Assembly: GCA_963765495.1 (NCBI GenBank)
Contig: CAVXWP010000009.1
Location: 352,001-416,000 of the forward strand
From: Blastocatellia bacterium
GTDB lineage: Bacteria > Acidobacteriota > Blastocatellia > UBA7656
Reading direction: 5' to 3'
DNA: 64,000 nucleotides
Positions 9,510-22,280 of this stretch are shown one piece after another (the stretch's first letter is position 1; each line of letters starts with the position of its first letter). Below the pieces are notes generated by a model. It saw only the letters and a program-made list of their open reading frames with translations, did not search any database and was not told where the DNA came from. Position numbers and translations under genes: made by a program.

Positions 9510-11927
9510 TCATTCATACCTGAGTGCAACCATCGGGTCTACCTTTGCGGCCCGGCGAGCAGGGATGTAGCTTGCCAGCATCGCCACGCCCGCGAGCGCA
9601 AGAGAAATGGCCGCGAAGGTCAGCGGGTCGGTTGCGCTTACGCCGTATAACAGGCTCGACATCACGCGTGTCAGCGCAAAGGCCGCGCCCAGACCCAGGA
9701 CTATTCCCGATACGGCTAGCGTCATCGCCTGTCTCAGAACTAACCCCAGCACGTCGCTTTTCTGCGCGCCGAGCGCCATGCGCACGCCTATCTCGTGCGT
9801 CCGCTGCGTGACCGACTGAGACATAATTCCGTATATGCCGACCGATGCCAGCAGCATCGCCACCACGGCAAAGATGCCGAACAGCAGAGTGTTCAAACGC
9901 CTCTGCGCCACCATATCGCCCAGCAACATATCCATGGTCTTGATTTCGTAAACGGGCTGATCCTTATCCAGTTCCAAAACCGCCGCGCGAATCGTGGTCG
10001 CAAGATTCAATGGGTCGGAAACACCGCGCACTATCAGCATCAATCCACGGGCCGGCGCTTGAGCGTGAGGCAGATAGGTCTCTGGCCTCACCTCGGCATC
10101 AAACCCTGTGCGGCGGGTGTCTTTTACGATTCCGATTATCTCTTTCCAGGAATCTTCCGAGCTTTGCTGCCCATACTTGATGCGTTTGCCCAGCGCGTCT
10201 TCGCCCGGCCAGAACAATCTCGCCATAGTCTCGTTGATTATGACTACCGGGGGGCCATCGGGCGAATCGCGGTCATCAAAAAATCGGCCCTCCAGCAGAG
10301 GGATTTCCATCGCCTTGAAGTAGTTTGGGCTTGCCACGTCAATCGGGACCTCGACGCGCTCGGCGGGCGGAAAATCGGGTCTGCCTTCGATGCTGAAATT
10401 GCCGGAGTTGGGAGTCTTGCTCAAAAAGACATCCGATACCGCGCCTGCCGATTGGACTCCCGGCATCGCGCTTACCCTCTGCAAGAGTTGTTTGTAGAAA
10501 TCCACGGCCGCCGCGCCTTCGCGGTACTTCGAGCCCGAAAGCCGCACGCGCAAGGTCAGAATATTGTCGGGGTTGAACCCCAGATTGACCTTTTGGAGAG
10601 TCAGAAAACTTCTGATCATGAGCCCCGCGCCGATCAGCAAAACGAGCGCAATGGCAATCTCTGCGACCACCAGAATGTTGCGCAATCGTCGTCCGCGAAT
10701 GCCTGTGGTCGCGCCGCGTCCTCCATCCTTCAGCGATTCGTTCAGGTCCGACTTCGACCCCTGAAGAGCCGGGACAAGCCCGAAGATCAGCCCCGTCAGA
10801 ATCGAGACGGCAAGCGAAAACCCGAGCACTCTGCCGTCGATTCGTATCTGATCGAGACGCGGAATGTCCTGTGGAGAGAGGGCTATCAGCGCATCCAGCC
10901 CCCAGACGGCGAGCAGTATCCCGGCTGCGCCTCCGAGAGCGGCAAGCAGAGCGCTTTCGGTAAGCAACTGGCGGATCAGCCTCGCGCGTGTAGCGCCTAT
11001 GGCCGTGCGGATCGCGATCTCTCTTTCGCGCCCCGCCGCCCGCGCAAGTAGCAGATTAGCCACGTTCACGCACGAGATCAGCAGCACAAAGGCGACCGCT
11101 CCGAGCAGCACAAGCAACGCCGGTTTGACATTGCCCACCACCTGTTCGTGGTATGAAACTATGTTCACATCATAGCCTTCCTGGTCGGGGTTTTGCTGCC
11201 GGATGTTTGCTGCAATCGTGCTCATATCGGCCTGCGCCTGTTTAACCGTCACACCCGGTTTCAGGCGACCGATAAGCTGAATCCAGAATGATCCCCGCGC
11301 CTGTTTTGTCCGTTCGCCGGGCGCGGAAGGAATCCACATATCGGTCTCCTTTCTCGGAAAGGCAAACCCTTTCGGCATCACTCCGACGACGACGCGCGGC
11401 TCGCCGCTAAGATAGATGGACTTTCCAAGGATGTCTTTGTCGCCTGCGAAACGGCGCTGCCAGAGACCGTAGCCGAGAAGCACTACCTTGTCTTTTCCGT
11501 CCACGTCCTCTTCGGCTGTAAAGGTGCGGCCGAGCGCGGCCTCTACGCCGAGCAGAGGAAAGAGATTCGAGGAGACGTGCGCCCCCACTATTCGTTCGGG
11601 CTCGCCTTCTCCCGTAAGGTTCAGGCTCATGTTGTTGAACATGGCGATGTCTTCGAAGGTCTGGGTCTGAGTGCGGTAGTCAACATAGTTTGGATACGAG
11701 TGCCAGTCCTCCGAGACATTTATCCGCGAGTTGTCCATCCAAACCATCGCGAGCCGATCAGGGTCTTTGTAAGGCAAGGGGCGAAGCAGCACACCGTTGA
11801 CCACGGAGAAGATCGCCGTATTTGCGCCTATCCCGATAGCCAGAGTCAGTATCGCCATGATCGTAACGGCGGGTTTCTTAAACAGCATTCGAACCGCATA
11901 CCGAAAATCCTGCCAGAGTGTTTGCAT
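9510..11927 (-). CDS. ADOP-family ABC permease
   Basis: True start MQTLWQDFRY after a GGAGG RBS; the ORF-track extension runs through the repeat element. Confidence 0.93.
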   Translation of the reverse strand: MQTLWQDFRYAVRMLFKKPAVTIMAILTLAIGIGANTAIFSVVNGVLLRPLPYKDPDRLAMVWMDNSRINVSEDWHSYPNYVDYRTQTQTFEDIAMFNNMSLNLTGEGEPERIVGAHVSSNLFPLLGVEAALGRTFTAEEDVDGKDKVVLLGYGLWQRRFAGDKDILGKSIYLSGEPRVVVGVMPKGFAFPRKETDMWIPSAPGERTKQARGSFWIQLIGRLKPGVTVKQAQADMSTIAANIRQQNPDQEGYDVNIVSYHEQVVGNVKPALLVLLGAVAFVLLISCVNVANLLLARAAGREREIAIRTAIGATRARLIRQLLTESALLAALGGAAGILLAVWGLDALIALSPQDIPRLDQIRIDGRVLGFSLAVSILTGLIFGLVPALQGSKSDLNESLKDGGRGATTGIRGRRLRNILVVAEIAIALVLLIGAGLMIRSFLTLQKVNLGFNPDNILTLRVRLSGSKYREGAAAVDFYKQLLQRVSAMPGVQSAGAVSDVFLSKTPNSGNFSIEGRPDFPPAERVEVPIDVASPNYFKAMEIPLLEGRFFDDRDSPDGPPVVIINETMARLFWPGEDALGKRIKYGQQSSEDSWKEIIGIVKDTRRTGFDAEVRPETYLPHAQAPARGLMLIVRGVSDPLNLATTIRAAVLELDKDQPVYEIKTMDMLLGDMVAQRRLNTLLFGIFAVVAMLLASVGIYGIMSQSVTQRTHEIGVRMALGAQKSDVLGLVLRQAMTLAVSGIVLGLGAAFALTRVMSSLLYGVSATDPLTFAAISLALAGVAMLASYIPARRAAKVDPMVALRYE

Positions 11928-11944
11928 GACTCTTCCTCCGATAA

Positions 11945-12045
11945 GTTTTGAGTTTTGAGTTTTGAGTTTTGAGTTCCCCGTTGTAGGTAATAGTGCCGGA
12001 GTCGGATACCACCTATTCAAAACTCAAAACTCAAAACTCAAAACT
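11945..12045. repeat. Inverted-heptamer hairpin (TTTTGAG)n-core-(CTCAAAA)n; core allele 1, orientation A
   Basis: Core 11976-12015 is CCCCGTTGTAGGTAATAGTGCCGGAGTCGGATACCACCTA. Confidence 0.95.
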
Positions 12046-12047
12046 TC

Positions 12048-14522
12048 CTACTCGTAGCGCAGCGCAACCATCGGGTCTACCCGCGCGGCGCGGCGAGCGG
12101 GCACGAAACAGGCCACCAGAGCCACTCCTGTGAGCACGAGCGAAAGCACTATGAAGATTGCGGGGTCGGTCGTGCTCACACCATAAAGCAGGCTCGCCAT
12201 CAACCGCGTCAGTACAAGGGCCGCTGCAAGCCCCAATCCTACGCCAGCCAGAGCCAGTGACATTCCCTGCCTGATGACCATTCTCAAGACATCATTCTGC
12301 CGAGCCCCGAGCGCCATGCGGACGCCGATTTCGCGCGTGCGTTGCGCGACGGCGTAATTCATCACGCTATAGAGACCGACCGATGCCATAAGCAAAGCGA
12401 TAAACCCGAATATCGAGACCAGCCCCGCTATCGTCTTTGGCCCCGACAGTAATCTGTCGAGAAACCTCGGCATGGTCTTTATGCCGTAGACCGGCAATTC
12501 GCTGTCGAGATTTGCGATCTCCTGCCGCAGGGCCGAGGCCACGCTTTCGGGTGCGCCCGACGTGCGCGCAATAAAGGTCATATTGCCGTTATAGTGCTGG
12601 CGAAACGGCAGGAACATGTATTCCGTAGGCGGTTCGCCAATCAGGTAATATTTGCCTTCGCGTGCGATGCCGACTACCTCGCAGTAGGTATTCTGCGAGC
12701 CTCCGAGCCTCAAGCGTTTGCCAAGCGGATTTTGATCCGGCCAGTAACGCCGGGCCATCGCTTCGTTTATGATGACGACCGGCGGCGACTGCTCGTCATC
12801 ATGTTCGTTGAAGGCGCGGCCCTCGACGATTTCGGTCTTCATCGTCTCAAAATAATCGTCTCCGACTATGCTGTAGCCTACGCCGACGCGCTCGTTTTCA
12901 TAACGCGGGACATAGCCTTCTATCGTCACTCTCATCCCATAGTTGTAGGCGTCCAGAGGCAGAGGCGCGGCCATGCTCGTGGCCTCCACGCCGGGCAGGG
13001 ATTTTATTCGCTCGATTGCCTGTTTGAAAAAGTTGCGGCCCTTTGGTTCTTCATAACCCTGCAACCCGACATCGACCGAAGCCAGAAGAATATTTTTAGT
13101 CTCAAACCCGGGGTTAAGTTCCTGCGCGTTGCGCATGCTCTTGATAAACAGCCCGGCGCTCACAAGCAGCATAAGCGACAGTCCCATCTGCGTGACGACA
13201 AGCGCGTTTCTCAGATTGAACCGCCGCCAGCCCGATGTTGCCAGGGCGATCTCGCCTTTCAATGTGTGAACCAGATCGGGTTTTGAAGCCTGCAACGCGG
13301 GCACCAACCCGAATATGATCCCGGTCAGCATCGACACGCCGAGCGTGAATACGAGCACGCGCCAGTCAAGGCTCAGATCGTAATTGAAATCTATCGTGGC
13401 AAAATCCAGATCGGGATTTGCCATCGGGATAAGGTCATTAAACCAGGAAGCGAGCAGCAAACCCAGAGCGCCGCCCGCAAGCGCAAGCAACATACTTTCA
13501 GCCAGAAGCTGGCGAATCAAACGTCCGCGGCTCGCGCCAAGAGCGAGGCGAATCGCAATTTCACGCCTCCGCGCCGAGGCCCGCGCAAGCAAAAGATTCG
13601 CAACATTGGCGCAGGCTATCAATAGCACAAGCCCGACGATGCCCATCATCAACCCTACGACGATGGGGATGTAACCCATCAACACGATCTCCGGCTGAGT
13701 CTTGTTGCCGCCCGGAACCATGCCTATTGTGATATTTGCATCGGTCTGCGGATAGGCCTGTGCAAGCTGGCCTGCGTAAGCGTTCATCGCGGCGGTGGCC
13801 TGTTCTATAGTCACGCCGGGTCTTAGCCGCCCGTTGACGTTGAATGACTGATTGCCCCTCATTTCGAGCCACCCTTGACTGTCGGGAACTATCTGCTCGT
13901 GCATAGCCATAGGCACCCACACATCAGGAATAAAACCGGCGAACCGCGTGCCCGAAAACCCTTGACGCGCGACGCCTATGATCGTGAAATCGTGGCCGTT
14001 GAGTCGCAAGGGTTTTCCGGCGATGTTTGGATCACCGGCAAATCGCTGCCGCCAGAAAGCATTACTGAGCACGACTACGGCGTGGCCTCCCTGCGCAATA
14101 TCATCGTCCGGCAGGATGGTTCGGCCCACGGCCGGTGTCAAACCGAGGCCCGTGAAATAATTGCCCGTGACCAGTTCGCTCCAGATCAGTTCGGCTTTGT
14201 CGCCTCCGAATTTCAGGCTGACAGATGTGCCGTAATGAACAAACAGATCGCTGAAGACTTCGTTGTGGTCGCGAAAGTCTCTATAGGCAGGAAAGGAAAA
14301 TTGCCCGATAATATTCGAATCCGGCGTACTGGTGTAAAGCGCGACCAGTTGTTCGGGATGAGCTACGGGCATAGGCTTGAACAAAACGGCATTGGCCATC
14401 GTGAAGACCGAAGTGTTGGCCGCAATTCCGAGCGCAATCGAAAGCACCGCCACAATCGTCAGCCCGGGCGATTTGCGAAACATCCGCCCGGCATAGCGAA
14501 AATCCTGCCAGAGTGTTTGCAT
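12048..14522 (-). CDS. ADOP-family ABC permease
   Basis: True start MQTLWQDFRY after AAGGAGGAG; family motifs; ends ALRYE. Confidence 0.93.
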   Translation of the reverse strand: MQTLWQDFRYAGRMFRKSPGLTIVAVLSIALGIAANTSVFTMANAVLFKPMPVAHPEQLVALYTSTPDSNIIGQFSFPAYRDFRDHNEVFSDLFVHYGTSVSLKFGGDKAELIWSELVTGNYFTGLGLTPAVGRTILPDDDIAQGGHAVVVLSNAFWRQRFAGDPNIAGKPLRLNGHDFTIIGVARQGFSGTRFAGFIPDVWVPMAMHEQIVPDSQGWLEMRGNQSFNVNGRLRPGVTIEQATAAMNAYAGQLAQAYPQTDANITIGMVPGGNKTQPEIVLMGYIPIVVGLMMGIVGLVLLIACANVANLLLARASARRREIAIRLALGASRGRLIRQLLAESMLLALAGGALGLLLASWFNDLIPMANPDLDFATIDFNYDLSLDWRVLVFTLGVSMLTGIIFGLVPALQASKPDLVHTLKGEIALATSGWRRFNLRNALVVTQMGLSLMLLVSAGLFIKSMRNAQELNPGFETKNILLASVDVGLQGYEEPKGRNFFKQAIERIKSLPGVEATSMAAPLPLDAYNYGMRVTIEGYVPRYENERVGVGYSIVGDDYFETMKTEIVEGRAFNEHDDEQSPPVVIINEAMARRYWPDQNPLGKRLRLGGSQNTYCEVVGIAREGKYYLIGEPPTEYMFLPFRQHYNGNMTFIARTSGAPESVASALRQEIANLDSELPVYGIKTMPRFLDRLLSGPKTIAGLVSIFGFIALLMASVGLYSVMNYAVAQRTREIGVRMALGARQNDVLRMVIRQGMSLALAGVGLGLAAALVLTRLMASLLYGVSTTDPAIFIVLSLVLTGVALVACFVPARRAARVDPMVALRYE

Positions 14523-14539
14523 GACTCCTCCTTCGATAA

Positions 14540-14662
14540 GTTTTGAGTTTTGAGTTTTGAGTTTTGAATAGGTGGTATCCGACTCCGGCACTATTACCTA
14601 CAACGGGGAACTTAAAACTCAAAACTCAAAATTCAAAACTCAAAACTCAAAACTCAAAACTC
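14540..14662. repeat. Inverted-heptamer hairpin (TTTTGAG family); core allele 1, orientation B
   Basis: Core 14569-14608 is the exact reverse complement (40/40) of 11976-12015. Confidence 0.95.
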
Positions 14663-14663
14663 C

Positions 14664-17093
<2,430 letters not shown>

Positions 17094-17108
17094 AAACTCA
17101 CCTTTTCC

Positions 17109-17180
17109 TGATGCGTGATCCGTGATTCGTGATCCGTTGTTCCGATTGATTGCGATTTCCGGTCACGAATCACGAATCAC
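17109..17180. repeat. Inverted-heptamer hairpin, GTGATGC family
   Basis: Core CCGTTGTTCCGATTGATTGCGATTTCCGG. Confidence 0.85.
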
Positions 17181-19588
17181 TATTCGTAGCGCAGTGCGAC
17201 CATCGGGTCCACCTTCGTAGCCCGACGGGCAGGCACGTAACTGGCTCCCAGAGCCACTCCTGCCAGTATCAGCGGCATTGCGATAAAGGTCAGCGGATCG
17301 GTTGCGGTTACGCCGAAAAGTAGACTCGCAAGCAACCGGGTCAGCGCAAGCGACGCCGCAAGCCCGATCACTACGCCTGTCAATACAAGCAACATCCCCT
17401 GCCCGACCACAAGCTTGAGCACATCACCCGCGCCCGCGCCGAGCGCCATGCGGATTCCTATTTCCTGAGTGCGGCGACTCACCTGATAACTCAGCACGCC
17501 ATAGACTCCAACCGCTGTAAGAAGGAGCGCGAGCGCGGCAAAGATGCCCATCAACATCATCAGAAACTGCCGCGCCGCAAGCGAGGCGCTGACAACCTCA
17601 GTCATTGGGCGGATGTTGTCAATCGGCAATTGCGGGTCCACTTCCTTCACCGCCTGCCGCAACGCGGCGGTCAGATCAATCGGGCCGGAGGTGCGCACTA
17701 TCCACGCTGTCAGAAACCAGCGATTCATCATCACCGTCAATCCATCCGACATCTGCGTGACGGGCAGATAGATCGTGGGCTCTGTGTCCTGATCCAGCCC
17801 CGTCTCTCTGATGTCACCCGCGACTCCGATGATCTGCCTCTGCTTGCCTTGAAGCGAAAGCTGAGCGCCGAGCGGGTCCTGATCCGGCAGATAGCTGCGC
17901 GCAAGCGTCTCATTGACCATGACCACAAGCGCGGAGGAACGCATGTCCGCATCCGTGAGCGCCCGCCCGCGAGTAACGGAGATGCCGAGGGCGTGAAAGT
18001 ATTCAGGGCTGACCGCGCGCACCTGAACCGACCGATTTATCTCGCGGCCTTCGATGGAAATGCCCATCCTCAGCCCGCGTTCGAGCGGTACGTTTGATGC
18101 GGAGGCGGCAGCCGTCACACCCGGTAGCGCCGAAAGACGCTCAAGCACCTGCTCTTCAAAAGACCAGACCTGCGCGCTTGTTTTGTATTTTTCCGAGGCG
18201 AGCGAAACCTGCGCCGTCGTGACTTGATGAGGGTCAAAGCCGGTATCAACAAGACTCACATTGATGAAGCTCCGCACAAGCAAAGCAGCGCCTACGAGTA
18301 AAACCAGCGACAACGCGACTTCGCCTACGATCAGCAACCCGCGCATGCGCGAGTCCGATTTGCCCGAACTGCTTCTTGTCGAAGGCGACTTGATCGCTTC
18401 ATTCACATCAATTCGCGTAGCTCGCAATGCGGGCACAACTCCGCACAGCAGGCTTGTCGCAAAGGAGGCGGCAACGGCGAAAAGGATAACCTGATAATCG
18501 AGCCTGACCTCTTCGAGGCGGGGCAATTTCTGAGGCGCGAGCGCAAGCAGCGCGGGCACGCCCCAGAGCGCGACGAGTAACCCGGCAAGGCTTCCGGCAA
18601 AGGCAAGGAGCCAGCTTTCGGTCAGCAACTGACGTATCAATCTCGCTCGACTCGCTCCGAGCGCAATGCGGATTGCGATCTCGCCCTTGCGGGCGGAAGA
18701 ACGAGCGAGCAGCAGGCTAGCCACATTCGCGCACGCCACGGCCAGCACAAAACCGACCGCGCCAAACAAGAGCCACAACTCGCTTGTGACATCGCCTATC
18801 ACATACTGCTTGTAAGGAGTGAGCCTTAATCCTCGCTCGCCTTCGCGGAGATGAGTGGGATATTCGCGGCGGAATTCGGGCAGCAATTGAGCCGCTTCGG
18901 CCTCGGTCTGCTTGAGTGACGCGCCCGGCTTGAGCCGCGCAATCATCTGCGTATTTTGCCCGTCATCGTTTACAAAAGCCTTTTGTTGCAAAGGCAGCAA
19001 GACATCAATCGGGACTTCGAATTTGAAGCCCGGCGGGAGCACGCCTACTATCGTATGGCTGCGGCCGTTCAGTTGTAGCTCTTTTCCAACAATCGCGGGA
19101 TCGCCGCCGAAATAGTCGCGCCACATCCCGTCGCTTATGATGGTCACGCTCGGCCCGTTTGGGCGCGCCTCTTCCGGCAGAAAGCCGCGCCCCTGAGCGG
19201 GGTTGATCCCCAGTACGCGAAAGAACCCTTCCGAGACTTGCAATCCGTGCACGCGCTGCGGCTCGGCTCCTCCGGTGAGATTGAACCCGGAGTTCACGAT
19301 TGTATAACCCGCGACCGTCTCGAATGCGCGGTTATGATCTCGCCAATATTCGAATACCAGGGCCGTAACCGAGTCAATTTTGTCGCTTTCGAGTTGCCAG
19401 AGACAATGAACCAGACGATCCGATTCGGGATAAGGCAAGGGACGCAGGATTATCGTATTGACCACGCTGAAGATAGCCGTGTTTGCGCCTATCCCAAGCG
19501 CAAGCGTCAGCACCGCTACCGCCGCGAACCCAGGCTTCTTCATCAGCACCCTTGTCGCGTACCTCACGTCCTGCCACAGTCTTTCCAT
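17180..19588 (-). CDS. ADOP-family ABC permease
   Basis: True start [10 protein letters not shown] after AAGGAGGAG. Confidence 0.93.
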   Translation of the reverse strand: MERLWQDVRYATRVLMKKPGFAAVAVLTLALGIGANTAIFSVVNTIILRPLPYPESDRLVHCLWQLESDKIDSVTALVFEYWRDHNRAFETVAGYTIVNSGFNLTGGAEPQRVHGLQVSEGFFRVLGINPAQGRGFLPEEARPNGPSVTIISDGMWRDYFGGDPAIVGKELQLNGRSHTIVGVLPPGFKFEVPIDVLLPLQQKAFVNDDGQNTQMIARLKPGASLKQTEAEAAQLLPEFRREYPTHLREGERGLRLTPYKQYVIGDVTSELWLLFGAVGFVLAVACANVASLLLARSSARKGEIAIRIALGASRARLIRQLLTESWLLAFAGSLAGLLVALWGVPALLALAPQKLPRLEEVRLDYQVILFAVAASFATSLLCGVVPALRATRIDVNEAIKSPSTRSSSGKSDSRMRGLLIVGEVALSLVLLVGAALLVRSFINVSLVDTGFDPHQVTTAQVSLASEKYKTSAQVWSFEEQVLERLSALPGVTAAASASNVPLERGLRMGISIEGREINRSVQVRAVSPEYFHALGISVTRGRALTDADMRSSALVVMVNETLARSYLPDQDPLGAQLSLQGKQRQIIGVAGDIRETGLDQDTEPTIYLPVTQMSDGLTVMMNRWFLTAWIVRTSGPIDLTAALRQAVKEVDPQLPIDNIRPMTEVVSASLAARQFLMMLMGIFAALALLLTAVGVYGVLSYQVSRRTQEIGIRMALGAGAGDVLKLVVGQGMLLVLTGVVIGLAASLALTRLLASLLFGVTATDPLTFIAMPLILAGVALGASYVPARRATKVDPMVALRYE

Positions 19589-19605
19589 CTCTCCTCCTTC
19601 GATAG

Positions 19606-19714
19606 GTTTTGAGTTTTGAATTTTGAGTTTTGAGTTTCCAGTTGGAGGTAAAAGTGCTGGAGTCGGGAACCACCTATTCAAAACTCAAAACTCAAAATTC
19701 AAAACTCAAAATTC
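19606..19714. repeat. Inverted-heptamer hairpin (TTTTGAG family); core allele 2, orientation A
   Basis: Core 19637-19676 is TCCAGTTGGAGGTAAAAGTGCTGGAGTCGGGAACCACCTA, 33/40 identical to allele 1. Confidence 0.95.
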
Positions 19715-19722
19715 ACCCCTCC

Positions 19723-22146
19723 CTACTCATAGCGCAGCGCAACCATCGGGTCTACTTTCGTGGCTCGTCGGGCCGGGATAAAACTGGCTCCCAGAGCCAC
19801 TCCTATCAGAATCACAGAAATCAGGATAAATATGCTCGGGTCGGTCGCGCTCACCCCGAAGAGCAGGCTCTCCATCAAACGGGTCAATGCGAATGCGCCA
19901 ACAAGCCCCGCTGAAACTCCTACGAAGCAGAAGATCGCAACCTGTCGAACGATGAGTCTGAGCACGTCTCTCGCGCTCGCGCCGAGCGCCATGCGGATTC
20001 CTATTTCACGCGTGCGCTGCGTGACCGTATAAGACATCACCCCGTAAACCCCGACCGTCGCCAGTATCAAAGCAAGCGCGCCAAAGACCCCGAGCAATAA
20101 CATAATCAACCGGGGTTGAGCTACGGCATCAGAGATGCGCTCCTCAAGCGTCTTTACATCGGCGACCGGCTGATCAGAGTCCACCGCAAACACCTGGCTT
20201 CGCACCGAAGCCGCAAGGCTCAGGGGGTCGGCATCGGTTCGCACGAGCAGAGTCATCGAGCGTGTAGGACGTTGAGCGTACGGCACATAAATCTCCGGGC
20301 CAGCCTCTTCGGTCCATCCGTCCTGTCGCACGTCTCCGACTACGCCGACAATCGTGCGGCATAATTCATCCCCGCAACCATAGCTTATTCTCTTGCCGAG
20401 AGGGTTCTGGTCGGGGAAAAAACGTCGCGCCATCGCTTCGTTTATGAGGGCGACCCGGGGGCTTCCTTCCGCGTCGCTGTCGGTCAGTTCGCGCCCCTGC
20501 AATAAGGGGATTTGCATCGCGCGGAAGTAATCAGCGTTGACCGCGCCGACTCCGATGGGGCGGTCTTTTGCGGGCTCCAGCTTTGGCACTCCTTCTATGT
20601 TGAAGTATGCGATCATATTGAAACCGTTCAGAGGAACGTGGCTGATCGCGCCGACCGATTTCACGCCGGAAAGGCTTCTTGTTTTTTCAAGCACCTGCTG
20701 GTAAAACGACGACACCTTTGCGGAATCGGCATATCTGTTTCTGGGGAGGTCCACGCGCAGGGTCAGGACGTTTTCAGGGTTGTAACCCGGTTTCACATCG
20801 AGCAATCGCGCAAAGCTCTTAATCATCAGCCCCGCGCCTATCAATAGCACAAGCGCGAGCGCGAGTTCTGAGACGACCAGCAGGCTGCGAAGGCTCAAGA
20901 GAGAGCGGGATTGGAATGCTGTCTTTCCGCCGCCTTCTTTCAGCGTCTCATTCAGGTTTGGCTTTGATGCGATGAGCGCCGGGGCGAGGCCGAAAAAGAT
21001 TCCCGTCAGAATTGAAACAAATAGAGTAAAGCCAAGCACCTGTCGATCTATGCCTACATCTTTTATGCCGGGCAGGGAATTTGCGATGTTGCCCGGCATA
21101 CCAGAAAGCAACAGATCAACGCCCCATAACGCGAGAAGGATTCCGAGCGCGCCGCCTGCCAGGGCGAGCATAATACTTTCGGTCAGAAGTTGCCGCATAA
21201 TGTCGGAGCGCCGAGCGCCGAGTGCCGAGCGAATGGCTATCTCTTTTTGTCTGGAAGAAGCGCGAGCCAGCAGCAGATTTGCGACATTGGCGCAGGCTAT
21301 GAGCAACACGAAACAGACAGCGCCAAGCAATAGCAAGAGCGCGGGTCTGATCTCTCCGACGAGGTGAGCGTGCAGTGGGACCACTTCGATTCGCGTGTTT
21401 TCAAGCATGCCGGGGAACTTTTCAGCAACTCTGTCCTCGATGGTGTTCAGGTCGGCCTGAGCGCGCTCGATGCTGATTTGAGGTTTGATTCGGGCAACGA
21501 TTTCAAGAAGCGAAAATGTATCTCCGGTCTTTTCAGCCGCTTCGTCAAGCGCAAGAGGCATCCATATTTCGAAGGTCTGCGGAAAGCGAAAACTCGCGGG
21601 CATTATGCCGACGACCGTGTATGTCTTATCGTTGAGCGTGATGGTCTGCCCTATCAGACCAGGGTCGCCGCCATATCGTCGCTGCCAGAACCCCTGGCTC
21701 ACGACTACTACCTGACCGTGGCCGGGCGCGTCTTCTTCTGGCATAAAAACGCGACCGCTTATGGGTTGCACTCCGAGCAGGGGGAAGAGATTCGCCGTGA
21801 CCCGCGCGACAGTGATTCTTTCCGGCTCGTCGCCTCCGGTCAGATTGAAGTTATCGGTGCTATAACCTGCTATCTGTTCGAAAGCTTCTGACTGGTCCCG
21901 CCAGTCGAAATATTCAAAGGCCGCGATTCCGGGCAAACCCTTACCCATAGCCGCTTTATTGATAGCGAATATTCTTGCGGGGTCACGATAAGGAAGCGGG
22001 CGCAATAATACGGCATTGACCACGCTGAAGATAGCCGTGTTTGCGCCTATCCCAAGCGCAAGCGTCAGCACCGCTACCGCCGCGAACCCAGGCTTCTTCA
22101 TCAGCACCCTTGTCGCGTACCTCACGTCCTGCCACAGTCTTTCCAT
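19723..22146 (-). CDS. ADOP-family ABC permease
   Basis: True start [10 protein letters not shown]; first 44 codons identical to those of the 17180-19588 gene. Confidence 0.93.
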   Translation of the reverse strand: MERLWQDVRYATRVLMKKPGFAAVAVLTLALGIGANTAIFSVVNAVLLRPLPYRDPARIFAINKAAMGKGLPGIAAFEYFDWRDQSEAFEQIAGYSTDNFNLTGGDEPERITVARVTANLFPLLGVQPISGRVFMPEEDAPGHGQVVVVSQGFWQRRYGGDPGLIGQTITLNDKTYTVVGIMPASFRFPQTFEIWMPLALDEAAEKTGDTFSLLEIVARIKPQISIERAQADLNTIEDRVAEKFPGMLENTRIEVVPLHAHLVGEIRPALLLLLGAVCFVLLIACANVANLLLARASSRQKEIAIRSALGARRSDIMRQLLTESIMLALAGGALGILLALWGVDLLLSGMPGNIANSLPGIKDVGIDRQVLGFTLFVSILTGIFFGLAPALIASKPNLNETLKEGGGKTAFQSRSLLSLRSLLVVSELALALVLLIGAGLMIKSFARLLDVKPGYNPENVLTLRVDLPRNRYADSAKVSSFYQQVLEKTRSLSGVKSVGAISHVPLNGFNMIAYFNIEGVPKLEPAKDRPIGVGAVNADYFRAMQIPLLQGRELTDSDAEGSPRVALINEAMARRFFPDQNPLGKRISYGCGDELCRTIVGVVGDVRQDGWTEEAGPEIYVPYAQRPTRSMTLLVRTDADPLSLAASVRSQVFAVDSDQPVADVKTLEERISDAVAQPRLIMLLLGVFGALALILATVGVYGVMSYTVTQRTREIGIRMALGASARDVLRLIVRQVAIFCFVGVSAGLVGAFALTRLMESLLFGVSATDPSIFILISVILIGVALGASFIPARRATKVDPMVALRYE

Positions 22147-22163
22147 CTCTCCTCCTTCGATAG

Positions 22164-22272
22164 GTTTTGAGTTTTGAGTTTTGAGTTTTGAATAGGTGGT
22201 ATCCGACTCCGGCATTATTACCTACAATGGAAAACTCAAAACTCAAAATTCAAAACTCAAAACTCAAAATTC
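22164..22272. repeat. Inverted-heptamer hairpin (TTTTGAG family); core allele 1 variant, orientation B
   Basis: Core 22193-22232 is 36/40 identical to 14569-14608. Confidence 0.95.
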
Positions 22273-22280
22273 ACCCCTCC